A DNA stretch of 64,000 bases from Vulcanimicrobiota bacterium (lineage in GTDB: Bacteria; Vulcanimicrobiota; Vulcanimicrobiia; Vulcanimicrobiales; Vulcanimicrobiaceae). Position 1 is the first letter of the stretch. Every line of letters begins with the position of its first letter. The notes beneath the pieces were generated by a model. The model saw nothing but the letters and a program-made list of their open reading frames with translations, did no database searches and was not told where the DNA came from. The translations under genes and the position numbers were made by a program. Location: NCBI GenBank assembly GCA_963784655.1, contig CAWASO010000001.1, forward strand, positions 1,056,013-1,120,012, read 5' to 3'. This document shows positions 40,762-50,622 of the stretch, piece after piece.

Positions 40762-41025
40762 GTCATAGACCGCCAAACGCTCGGCAACATCGTTCCCCTC
40801 GCCGCGGTCGCCATCGCGCTGGCCGAATACCTGTTCGACCACACGCAGCCGCGCTATTCCAGCCCGACCTTCTGGCTGGCGCTGGTCGCGACGGTCGGCC
40901 TGCTGATCCTGGTGCAGGTCCTGCGCTGGGGCGGGGCGTCCAAGGCGCCGGTGGCGAAGCCCGACTATTCCGCCACGACGCTGATCAAGCGCCGCAGCGA
41001 CATCGACACCGACGACCGAGGCTGA
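40762..41025 (+). CDS. Small two-transmembrane protein upstream of glyA (start uncertain)
   Basis: Two hydrophobic helices, host-like codon usage. Confidence 0.55.
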   Translation, partial: VIDRQTLGNIVPLAAVAIALAEYLFDHTQPRYSSPTFWLALVATVGLLILVQVLRWGGASKAPVAKPDYSATTLIKRRSDIDTDDRG

Positions 41026-41032
41026 ACGCGAC

Positions 41033-42281
41033 ATGCAACTGCTCGAATCCCAGACGCTCGCCGCCGCCGATCCCGAGCTGTACGCCGCGATCGAGCGCGA
41101 GGAGCGCCGCCAGCGCGAGAACCTCGAGCTGATCGCCTCGGAGAACTACGCCAGCCGGGCGGTGCGCGAAGCCTCGGCCTCGGTGCTGACCAACAAGTAC
41201 GCCGAAGGCTACCCGGGCCGGCGCTACTACGGCGGCTGCGAGTGGGTCGACGTGGCCGAGACCCTCGCCATCGAGCGGCTGAAGAAATTGTTCGGCGCCG
41301 AGCACGCCAACGTCCAGCCGCACGCCGGCGCGCAGGCGAACATGGCCGTGATGATGGCCGTGCTCAAGCCGGGCGACACGATCCTGGGCATGTCGCTCGC
41401 GCACGGCGGCCACCTCACCCACGGCACGAAGGTGTCGTTCAGCGGCAAGCTCTACAACGCGGTCGCCTACGGGATCCGGCGCGACACCGAGCTGATCGAC
41501 TTCGACCAGGTGCGCGAGCTGGCGCGCGAGCACAAGCCCAAGCTGATCATCGCCGGCGCCAGCGCCTACCCGCGCACGATGGACTACGCGCCCTTCCGCG
41601 AGATCGCCGACGAGATCGGCGCGCTGTTCATGGTCGACATGGCGCACATCGCGGGCCTGGTCGCGGTCGGCCTGCACCCTTCGCCCGTGCCGCTGGCCGA
41701 CTTCTCGACCTCGACCACCCACAAGACGCTGCGCGGCCCGCGCGGCGGCCTGATCGTCTCCAAGGCCGAGCACGGCCCGGCGGTCGACAAGAGCGTCTTC
41801 CCCGGCATCCAGGGCGGCCCGTTCATGCACACCATCGCCGCCAAGGCGGTCGCGTTCGGCGAAGCGCTGCAGCCCGCGTTCAAGACGTATCAGCAGACAC
41901 GTCATCACGAACGCCAAGGCGATGGGCGAGGAGCTGACCCGGGCCGGCGTGCGGCTCGTCGGCGGCGGCACCGACACGCACCTGCTGCTGGTCGACCTGA
42001 CCCCCAAGAACCTGACCGGCAAGGCCGTCGAGGCGTACCTCGACGAGATCAAGATCACGGTCAACAAGAACGCGATCCCGTTCGACCCGCAGAAGCCCGC
42101 GATCACCAGCGGCATCCGGATCGGCTCGCCGGCGATCACCTCGCGCGGCTTCGGCGAAGACGAAGCGCGCGAAGTCGGCCGGATCATCGGCGAAGCGCTC
42201 GACGACATCGAGACCGGCGCGAACAAAGACGCGCTGCGCGCCCGCGTCGCCGAGCTGACCTCCCGCCACGACGTGCCGTAG
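41033..42281 (+). CDS. glyA: Serine hydroxymethyltransferase, frameshift near 41895
   Basis: [49 protein letters not shown]. Confidence 0.96.
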
Positions 42282-42284
42282 GGC

Positions 42285-42834
42285 GTGCGTGCGCGGCGAT
42301 CCGCCGGGGCGCTCGCACCGAATGCCTGCACCAGCGCGAGGTGGATCTCCGCGTGCTGCTGGCGTACTACGCGCGCGACGACCGCGCTTCGCGCGCTGGG
42401 AGCCACGCTCTCGGCGATCTTGCGCCTCGCGAGTGGGTCCGCTGGCGGGCCACGGAGAGCTGGCACGGCGAGACCTCTCGTTCCTGGCCTTCGACCGCGA
42501 GCAGCCCGACGCGCTGGTCGGCGTCGTCAACGCTGCGGCATCTTGCGACCGTGATGCACGCCGCGATGGTGGCCACAACTTCGACGGCGCGTACGAGGGC
42601 CGAGGCAGGCGACGAAGCGGTCCGGCAGTGATCGCGCACCTGTTCAAGACGCTCAACCTCAAGAAGATCACCGCCAACTACCAGCCGACCAACGAGCGCA
42701 GCGGCGCGCTGCTGCGCCGGCTCGGCTTCATGGTCGAGGGCTCGCCGCGCGATCACCTCTGCCTGCGCGGCGCCTGGCGCGACCACGTCCTGACCTCGCT
42801 GACGAACCCCAACTGGAAACCGCCGGTGCGATGA
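42285..42834 (+). pseudogene. Degenerate RimJ-like GNAT acetyltransferase
   Basis: ANYQPTNERSGALLRRLGF...GAWRDHVLTSL intact; 5' part scrambled. Confidence 0.75.
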
Positions 42835-42970
42835 GGCGGTGCGCGCGTGTCGTGGTACCGCCTTGGCTGGCATATTTTCTTGCTTGGCAAGACAAGCGTC
42901 AGAAAAGGTGATATGATTCGGTAGCAAATGGGCGGGCGTAGCGACGCGTCCGCTTTGCACGGGGTGTCGC

Positions 42971-44920
42971 ATGAATTTTCGGGTATCGATATCGGTCTCG
43001 TTCGTGGCTACTATCGTCCTTGTGCTCGCGATGGCACCGCTGTGCGCTCCAGCGCCGAAGACCAGCCTCCCGAATCGCTGTGCGTCCGATCGAGTTCGGT
43101 GGCTCATGGTCCAGCGAGCCCGAGCGAGCGATCGCGCCGGCGCCACGCCGTCCCCTTCGCCGTCGCCGGCCCCGACGTGGCAATGCGACCGTTGGCTCTC
43201 GTATAGCGGCCTGATCTCGCACGAACAACGCCGCGGCGGTTCGCCCGCCCCGGCTGGGGTCGCGCCGTCCGATCGTCCGCCGCTGCAGATCGATGCGCAG
43301 TGCCGATCAGGAGCAATACCACGTTTCATCTGAGCGCCATCCAGAGCCTCACCGAGACGCTCTTCCGGAGCGCATCGGAGAACGCCGAGAGCGTCGACAT
43401 CGCTTCCGACGTGTCCAAATGGTTCAATTGCGTTCTCTGCGCGAGCGGCGTCGAAGGCGACGAAAAACAGTTTCGAACACCAGCGTCGCCGATCGCGAAG
43501 TCCGAGGGACCGGAAAACTTACAAATCTTTGCCGATGTCTTCAAGGCCTCGACCGTCTCGGCTCGATGTCGCCGGGACGGTCGTGCAGCGAGCCGGCGGT
43601 GAGTGATGATGGGCAATGGCAGACCAGCCTCGGCTTCGTGCGATCGTGGAAAGAGGGAACCGGCATCGCGGACTTCATGGGGGGGCTGCGATCGCCCGAG
43701 AAACGGCGCATCGAAGCGACGGCGGCGTTTCTCGGCGCGAATCACACCGCGCAATTGCCGAAGTCGTCTTCGCCGGCGCATTCCCGGGACGTGACGGCGA
43801 CGGTCGCCTACAATGGGCTATGGGCACTTGAGGCGAGCCCGGCGCCGAAGGTGGTGCCGGCCGTCCATGCCGCCAACACCATTGTGAACTACGGTTGGCA
43901 CGATGGCGGCGGCGCGAGCGCGACCGTGGTCGAGGAGTTGCGCTACGAGGCGGAGCATGCGAGTGCCGCGGAGCCGGCGGCCGTCGCCGGCTCCGCGCAC
44001 GATTACGCCGTGCGCTTCGGCTACCGGTTGCGGGGCAACGGATTTCGGCCGCCGGACGTTCCCGACGATCCACTGCTCGGCACGCACGGCTTCATCGGCA
44101 CGGCCCAGTACGTGTTTCCGCTTTCGAAGACGCGGGTTTCCAAGGTGACGGTGAACAGCTTTTCGTTCTCGAACCAGAACCCGGTAGATCAATCCCTGCG
44201 CGGCTCCTTCGAGCTACCGCTTTCGGCACGCGGGTTGTCGCTCACCGTCCGCGGCTCGCGGGGTACGATCACCGCGCCGGTCGTCGCTCCGAATCTCACG
44301 TTCGCGCCATTCTCGAGTTTGGCGGGAGGCGCGGCTCAAGCGTTGATACAGTCAGTCGGCGGCGCCGACATCGGTTTGACGAGAAGTCTTCCCAAGGGGT
44401 CGCTCATGTTCGGTCTGAGCGCCGGCTATGCGAACAGCGTAGACCCGAGCTGCCCGACGGCGACGACGTGCGCGACCAACCGGCGCAAACAGTATACCTA
44501 CGCCGCGTTCGTCGAGGGGCCCATCGGGTTCGTCGCGGGCTCGAGCTTTCCCAGCCGCGCGCTGGGACCGTTCGCGCCGCTGGCCGACGTGTTCTCCGGC
44601 GGTGCGAATCCCACGCAGGATGCCACCGACCTGGTCAACCGCACCCACTGGAGCTTCGACGCTGGTCTGCGCATTCCGAGCGGGACGGTGAGCTGCAACT
44701 CGTTGGTCGGGCATATCGAGAACAAACCGCCCGAGGCACTGGAGTGAAGCAACCGACCGCGGCTTGCAGGAAAGCATCTACCTGGGCTCGCGCCGCTGCG
44801 TGATTTCGCGAGCCCGAGACTCCGGCAACGCACTGCAGAACGTCGCGTTCCTGATCGGTGCGTCGCACTCGATCACAGCCGATGCCCAGCAGGCTTCGCC
44901 TCGACGCTCACCTACGAAAC
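42971..44920 (+). pseudogene. Fragmented secreted / outer-membrane-like hypothetical protein
   Basis: Signal peptide at 42971, PSPSP linker, beta-strand-rich 43600-44747; several frame changes; lower GC. Confidence 0.45.
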
Positions 44921-45026
44921 GAAGGTGTCATCGGCTCGCCACTTTTCGGTTATCATGCTGAAGTGGTGGGAAAGGAAAAGGGCGGCGGGCAGGGCAAGCG
45001 GCGGCCCGCCGCGATCATCACCAATC

Positions 45027-45692
45027 GTGCCCCAGCCGCTGATCGTCGACCATCCCGCCGTCCAGGACCGCCTGGCCCGGCTTCGTGACGCCTCCACCGC
45101 GACGCCGGTATTCCGCCGGCTGGTCGAGGAGATCGGCCAGCTGCTGGCCTACGAGGCGACCCGCGGGCTGCCCCAGATCGAGATCGAGATCCAGACCCCG
45201 GTCGCGCTGGCCAAGGTGCGCCGGATCGCGACCCGGCCGGTGGTGGCGCCGATCCTGCGCGCCGGGCTGGGCCTGCTGCCGGGGTTCCTGGCCGTCGTCG
45301 ACGACGCGGTGGTCGCGCACCTGGGCTTCTACCGCGATCCCAAGACGCTCTCCGCGGTGCCGTACTACGCCAACCTTCCCGACGACCTGGGCGAGCGGGA
45401 GGTCTTCGTGCTCGACCCGATGCTCGCGACCGGCCACTCCGGCTCGGCGGCCCTGACGATGCTCGCCGAGCGCGGCGCGAAGTCGCCCGTGTTCGTCTGC
45501 GTCATCGCCGCGCCCGAAGGCATCGCCACGCTCGCCCGCGAGCACCCCGAGGTGCGCATCGTGACCGCGCACGTCGACGAGCGGCTCAACGACCACGGCT
45601 ACATCGTCCCCGGCCTGGGCGACGCGGGGGACCGGATGTTCGGCTCGACGTCGTCGGTCCCGGTCCATGCGCGCACGAAGTCCGCACCGTAG
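45027..45692 (+). CDS. upp: Uracil phosphoribosyltransferase
   Basis: PILRAGLG, LDPMLATGHS, LNDHGYIVPGLGDAGDRMFG. Confidence 0.96.
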   Translation: MPQPLIVDHPAVQDRLARLRDASTATPVFRRLVEEIGQLLAYEATRGLPQIEIEIQTPVALAKVRRIATRPVVAPILRAGLGLLPGFLAVVDDAVVAHLGFYRDPKTLSAVPYYANLPDDLGEREVFVLDPMLATGHSGSAALTMLAERGAKSPVFVCVIAAPEGIATLAREHPEVRIVTAHVDERLNDHGYIVPGLGDAGDRMFGSTSSVPVHARTKSAP

Positions 45693-45755
45693 CCGGCTCG
45701 AACCGCCGAGCGCGCTGCGCAGTAACGTCCACGGCTGAACGAAATCATCACCGCG

Positions 45756-46364
45756 GTGGAAAGCGACAAGAGCGGCAAGCGCCATCAGTTCGAGAGCGAG
45801 CGGCTGACGATTCGCTTGGCGGACGCGGACGACGCGGCAGACCTCATCGCGTACGACCGTCGCAACGCGGCGCACCTCGCGCCGTGGGAGCCGCGCCGCA
45901 ATCCCGCGCTCGCGTACGACCTCGAATGGCGGCGCGGCGCGCTCGCGCAACGGCGCGCCGACGCGGAAGCGGACCGCGGTCATGCCTTTCTCGCCCGCAT
46001 GCGGGACGGCGCGCGCACCGGCGAGATCGTGGCGAGCGTCACCCTGAGCAACGTCGTGCGCGGCGCGTTCCAAGCGTGCCACCTCGGGTACTCGGTCGAC
46101 GCCGCGCACGAAGGGCGCGGCATCGCGTTCGAGGCGGTCGGCGCGGTGGTGCGCTTCGCGTTCGCGGAGTTGCGCCTGCACCGCGTGATGGCGAACTACC
46201 AGCCCGTCAACGAGCGCAGCGGCAAGCTGTTGCGCCGCCTCGGCTTCACGGTCGAAGGCTACGCGCGCGACTACCTCTTCATCGACGGCGCCTGGCGCGA
46301 CCACGTCTTGACCGCGCTCTCCGATCCCGACTGGGCGGCTGGGCCGAACCGGCCCGCTGTTTAG
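45756..46364 (+). CDS. RimJ-like GNAT acetyltransferase (intact copy)
   Basis: [47 protein letters not shown]. Confidence 0.9.
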   Translation: MESDKSGKRHQFESERLTIRLADADDAADLIAYDRRNAAHLAPWEPRRNPALAYDLEWRRGALAQRRADAEADRGHAFLARMRDGARTGEIVASVTLSNVVRGAFQACHLGYSVDAAHEGRGIAFEAVGAVVRFAFAELRLHRVMANYQPVNERSGKLLRRLGFTVEGYARDYLFIDGAWRDHVLTALSDPDWAAGPNRPAV

Positions 46365-46384
46365 GGGAATCCCCTTCCGGGGTA
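46359..46384 (+). promoter_or_regulatory. Candidate SigB/SigF-type promoter
   Basis: GTTT-N17-GGGTA about 70 bp upstream of the kaiC-like start. Confidence 0.45.
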
Positions 46385-46452
46385 GCACCACCTTGGTTCC
46401 GCCGCGATCAGGAAGCGTTCCGCGACGAGGCCGCGTCGTGAGGAGACACAGC

Positions 46453-47913
46453 GTGACCAAACCCGTGCCGAGGCGCATCTCGACCGGCATCCCCGGGCTC
46501 GATGAGATCCTCCACGGAGGCTACATCCCGGGGCGCGCGTACCTGCTGAGCGGCCCGCCGGGCGGTGGGAAGACGACGCTGGGCTGGCACTTTCTCACCG
46601 CCGCCGCGGACGACTCGAGCCTGTTCATCACGTTCGGCGAGTCGCAGGCCGAGCTGCTGGAGAACGCGAGCTACTCGGGTTTCGACCCGAGCGGGGTTCA
46701 CTTTTGCGACCTCAGTCCGGCTGCGGACCTGTTCGAGGAGGTGCGCAGCTACGACATCTTCCCGGCCGCGGAGGTCGAGCTCGAGCCGACCACGGCGCGC
46801 CTGATCGAAGCGGTGCAGCGGGTGAAGCCGCAGCGGGTCTTCATCGACTCGATGACGGCGCTGCGCTACCTGTACAAGGACGCGCCGGAGTTCCGGCGCC
46901 AGACGCTGTCGTTCTTGCGCTACGTCAAGCAGCGCGGCGGCTGCGTCGTGATGACCTCCGAGACAAGCGGCGAGGCGCCCGACGACGACCTGCGCTACCT
47001 GTGCGACGGGGTGATCGAGCTGGCGCCCAGCGAACGGGCCCGCTCGCTCACGGTCGCCAAGTTTCGCGGTTCGGACTACCACGCGGGCGAGCACACGCTG
47101 CGCCTGGGCGCAAACGGAGCGACCGTCTTCCCGCGCCTCATGCCCGAAGAGCACGGCACGGCGTTCGCCGCGGAACGCCTGCCCTGGGGCATCCCCGAGC
47201 TCGATGCGCTCACCTACGGCGGTCTGGAACGCGGCACCGTCACGCTGCTGACCGGTCCGAGCGGCGTCGGCAAGACGACCGTCGGCGCGCAGTTCATGAA
47301 GGAAGCCGCCGAACGCGGCGAGCGCTCCGCGATCTACACCTTCGACGAGCGGGTCGCCACCCTCACCGAGCGCTGCGAGAGCGTCGGCATCCCGGTCTCG
47401 GACAATGGTCGCGCGCGGCACGCTGTCGATCGTCGGAGTCGAAGCGCTCAAGTTCTCCGCGGACGAGTTCGCCAACCTGGTTCGGCGCGACGTCGAGGCA
47501 GAACGGCACGCGAGATCGTCATGATCGACAGCATCAGCGGGTACCGGCTCTCGGTTTCCGACCAGAGCCTCAACGAACGGCTGCACGCGCTCTGCCGCTA
47601 CCTGCAGAACGTCGGCGTGACCGTTCTGCTCGTCAACGAGCTGATCAACGTCACCGAGTTTCGGATCAGCGAGATCGGCATCACCTATCTGGCCGACAAC
47701 GTCGTGATGCTGCGCTACGTCGAGCGCCGCAACTCCTCGCACGCCGAGATGGGCCGCGTCATCGGCGTGCTCAAGAAGCGCTTGAGCGACTTCGAGAAGA
47801 CCCTGCGCAAGTTCGAGTTCACGCCGCAAGGCTTGAAGGTCGGCGCACCGATGACGCACCTGGCCGGCATGCTGGGCGGCACCCACGATCCGGACGTCAA
47901 GGCCGGCGTCTGA
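46453..47913 (+). CDS. KaiC-like double RecA-domain ATPase (compensating indels near 47400-47510)
   Basis: ISTGIPGLD, GPPGGGKT, KFRGS, second GPSGVGKT, KKRLSDFE; AGGAG RBS. Confidence 0.88.
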   Translation: MTKPVPRRISTGIPGLDEILHGGYIPGRAYLLSGPPGGGKTTLGWHFLTAAADDSSLFITFGESQAELLENASYSGFDPSGVHFCDLSPAADLFEEVRSYDIFPAAEVELEPTTARLIEAVQRVKPQRVFIDSMTALRYLYKDAPEFRRQTLSFLRYVKQRGGCVVMTSETSGEAPDDDLRYLCDGVIELAPSERARSLTVAKFRGSDYHAGEHTLRLGANGATVFPRLMPEEHGTAFAAERLPWGIPELDALTYGGLERGTVTLLTGPSGVGKTTVGAQFMKEAAERGERSAIYTFDERVATLTERCESVGIPVSDNGRARHAVDRRSRSAQVLRGRVRQPGSARRRGRTAREIVMIDSISGYRLSVSDQSLNERLHALCRYLQNVGVTVLLVNELINVTEFRISEIGITYLADNVVMLRYVERRNSSHAEMGRVIGVLKKRLSDFEKTLRKFEFTPQGLKVGAPMTHLAGMLGGTHDPDVKAGV

Positions 47914-47917
47914 GCCC

Positions 47918-49430
47918 GTGGACCGGATCGTCGTCCTGTTCTCGAACCGCGAGAACCGCAATCTGCTGGCCCAGGTCCTGGTCCCGCAGTACGAAGTGGC
48001 GTTCGAGCTGCCCCCGGAGTCCGACGATGAGGACGACGACGCGTTCGACGTCGATCTCGTCATCGTCGACGGCTCATCGCTCACCGCGAACGCCGCGCGC
48101 ATCGCGCTGGAGCGCGCGCAAAACGAGCCGGTGCTCGTGCCGGTACTGCTGCTGAGCGACCGCCGCAGCGTCGGCCTGATGCCCAAAGAGCTCTGGCGGA
48201 TCGTGGACGACGTCGTGCTGCGGCCGCTGGAGAAGCTGGAGATGCGCGCCCGGGTGGAGAGCCTGGTGCGGGCGCGCCGCCTGTCGCAGAAGCTCAAGAC
48301 CGTTTCGCACGCGTACAAGCACGAGCGCCGGGTCGCGCAGCGCTTCCAGAAGGCGGCGCTGCCGCGGGCCCTGCCGCGCGTGCCCGGCCTGACCTTCGGC
48401 GCGTTCTACCGCCCGGGGTCGGACGAGGCCCAGATCGGCGGCGACTGGTACGACGCGCTCCAGCTCTCCGACGGCCGGGTCCTGTTCTCGATCGGCGACG
48501 TGTGCGGCTCGGGACTGGACGCCGCGGTCGCGATGGCCAGCGTGCGCCAGGTGTTCCGCGGCGCCGCGCACATCAACCCCGAGCCGGCGATGCTGCTGGA
48601 CGCGGCCCACCGCACGCTCCACGCCGAGAACCCCGACAGCCTCGTGACCGCGTTCGTCGGCGTGTTCGATCCGATCACGTCGCTGCTGACCTACGCCTCG
48701 GCCGGGCACCCGCGCCCGCTGCTGCGCGGCCCGGACGGCTCCATCGTCGGAGCTCGTCTCGGAGGGCGGCCCGCTGGGCCTGCCGTTCGAGGTGGAGCGG
48801 ACGGTCGGCGCGATCGGCATGCCGGTCGGGTCGCTGCTGGTGCTCTACACCGACGGCTTGACCGAGGCCACCCGCGACCCGATCGCCGGCGAGGAATGCC
48901 TGCGCCGCATGATGGGGGACCCCGAGGTGCTCGGCGCGCCCAACGTCGCGCTGGCGATCCACGACGCGGTCATCGAGGACGGCGCGCGCGACGACGTCGC
49001 GCTCCTCACGATCGCGCACGTCGAGCGCAGCGCCGCGAGCGAACGGCTCCTGCACTGGTCGTTCGACTCGCGCGATCCCGACGCCGCGCGGGACGTCCGG
49101 CGCGCGCTCCTGGCCGAGCTCGAGCGCGGCAAGCTCGCCGAGGCGAACCTGCGCAACGCCGAGCTGGTGTTCTCCGAGCTGCTCGGGAACGTCGTCCGCT
49201 ACGCGCCCAAGTGGGTCGACGTCACGCTCGACTGGAGCGGCCCCAAGCCCGTGCTGCACGTCCTCGACGGCGGACCCGGCTTCCAGCACCTGCCCAAACT
49301 GCCCGAGAACGTCCTGAGCGAGCGCGGCCGCGGCCTCTTCATCGTCGCGCAGCTGACCAGCGAGTTCCACGTCACGAAGCGCCCCCACGGCGGCAGCCAC
49401 GCCCGCGCGGTCCTGTCGCAAACGGTGTGA
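47918..49430 (+). CDS. REC-like + PP2C (SpoIIE/RsbU) + RsbW-like HATPase fusion, frameshift near 48750
   Basis: IGGDWYD, GDVCGSG, ASAGHP, LYTDGL, DDVALL, SELLGNVVRYA, DGGPG, ERGRGLFIV. Confidence 0.87.
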
Positions 49431-49479
49431 GCCAAACGCTAGACGTACGCCTGTAGTTCGACCGTTGCGACGCATTCTT

Positions 49480-49890
49480 GATCGGCTGGAAGCGGCGTGC
49501 CGACGCGCAAGCAGACCGCAGCTATGGATTCCTCACGAATCCGAGAGGGCGAGCGCGCAGAGGGGGCGCTCGCCAGTGAGATCATCGCTGGGAGCCGCGA
49601 CGACGTTGCGAGCGTGAACTTGAGCAACGTCGTGCGCGGCATGTTCCAAGCCTAACATCTTGGATATTCGGTCGATGCCGTGCACGAGGGAAAGGGCATC
49701 GCCTCCGAGGCGGTGCCCGTTCGACGAACTGCACCTGCACCGCGTCATGGCGAACTACCAGTCCGTCAACGAGCGCAGCGTGAAGCTGCTGCGCCGGCTC
49801 GGCTTCATAGCCGAATGCTACGCGCGCGACTCCCTCTACATCGGCGGCGCCTGGCACGATCACGTTCTGACCGCGCTGACAACCGAGCTG
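49480..49890 (+). pseudogene. Degenerate RimJ-like GNAT copy
   Basis: [17 protein letters not shown]...[15 protein letters not shown]...GAWHDHVLT; in-frame stop and deletion. Confidence 0.85.
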
Positions 49891-49939
49891 ACGCCGGAAA
49901 GCGAGGCGACGATCATGGGACACGATGCGATGCGCACGG

Positions 49940-50275
49940 TCATCGTCGGGCCGGTCCGGGCAGTGCAAACCCACGACGAACATCCTGGCTGACGAAGCGG
50001 AGCAGCCCGCAAACGCGATCAGTTAAGGACCAGTTCTCGCGCTTGCCGAACGTATGCGACGTTCTGGTGCTCGTGCCGAACACGCTGGCGAGCGCACCGG
50101 CGTAGGTCCGCAAGATGACGCGCACGGCAAATTGTCCAGGCTGGTCGGTATCGTCCACGATGACGAGTTTCTGCCCGGGTAGGAGGTTGTGGCACTCGAT
50201 GACTTCGCGTGGGATCGTCATTTTATTTCTGTCGCGCATTGTCACTGCGATCTGCAGCATGGTCATGAATTGCAC
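49940..50275 (-). CDS. AbrB/MazE-type DNA-binding (antitoxin-like) protein, 3' end degenerate
   Basis: [15 protein letters not shown]...LLPGQKLVI; upstream palindrome TATAGT-N4-ACTATA at 50284-50299. Confidence 0.65.
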   Translation of the reverse strand: MQFMTMLQIAVTMRDRNKMTIPREVIECHNLLPGQKLVIVDDTDQPGQFAVRVILRTYAGALASVFGTSTRTSHTFGKRENWSLTDRVCGLLRFVSQDVRRGFALPGPARR

Positions 50276-50622
50276 AATCCTTATATAGTTCGTACTATAG
50301 CAACCGATCAGACTTAGGAATCCATGCGGAACGCTCGACGTTTCTGGCAGGACGAGCCGCTCCGCCTGCCCAGACGAATGTCGTTCCCTTGGTGGTATTG
50401 AGGGACGAGCGAGTTTCCCGCCCCGGCAGGCAGGCCGAGGCCGCCCTGGCTGTCAGTTAGTATTTCTTAATCTGAATTTCTGAGTAAAGTCGAAATTCCG
50501 ATGCATCGCATGTTGCGGCTTAGCACACTTGCCCAATGCCGGCGTGCCGAATTAGCTTTACCCAAGGCGCGGTAAGACCCGGTCCACGGTTCCGCAGCAC
50601 CTCGCCGAGTTCATGTAGTGTG

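Noticed and set aside
46453-47913. True circadian clock
   Set aside because: No kaiA or kaiB nearby; the context is signal transduction.
42285-49890. Diversity-generating retroelement TR/VR among the rimJ copies
   Set aside because: No reverse transcriptase in the window; differences are not adenine-specific and include indels.
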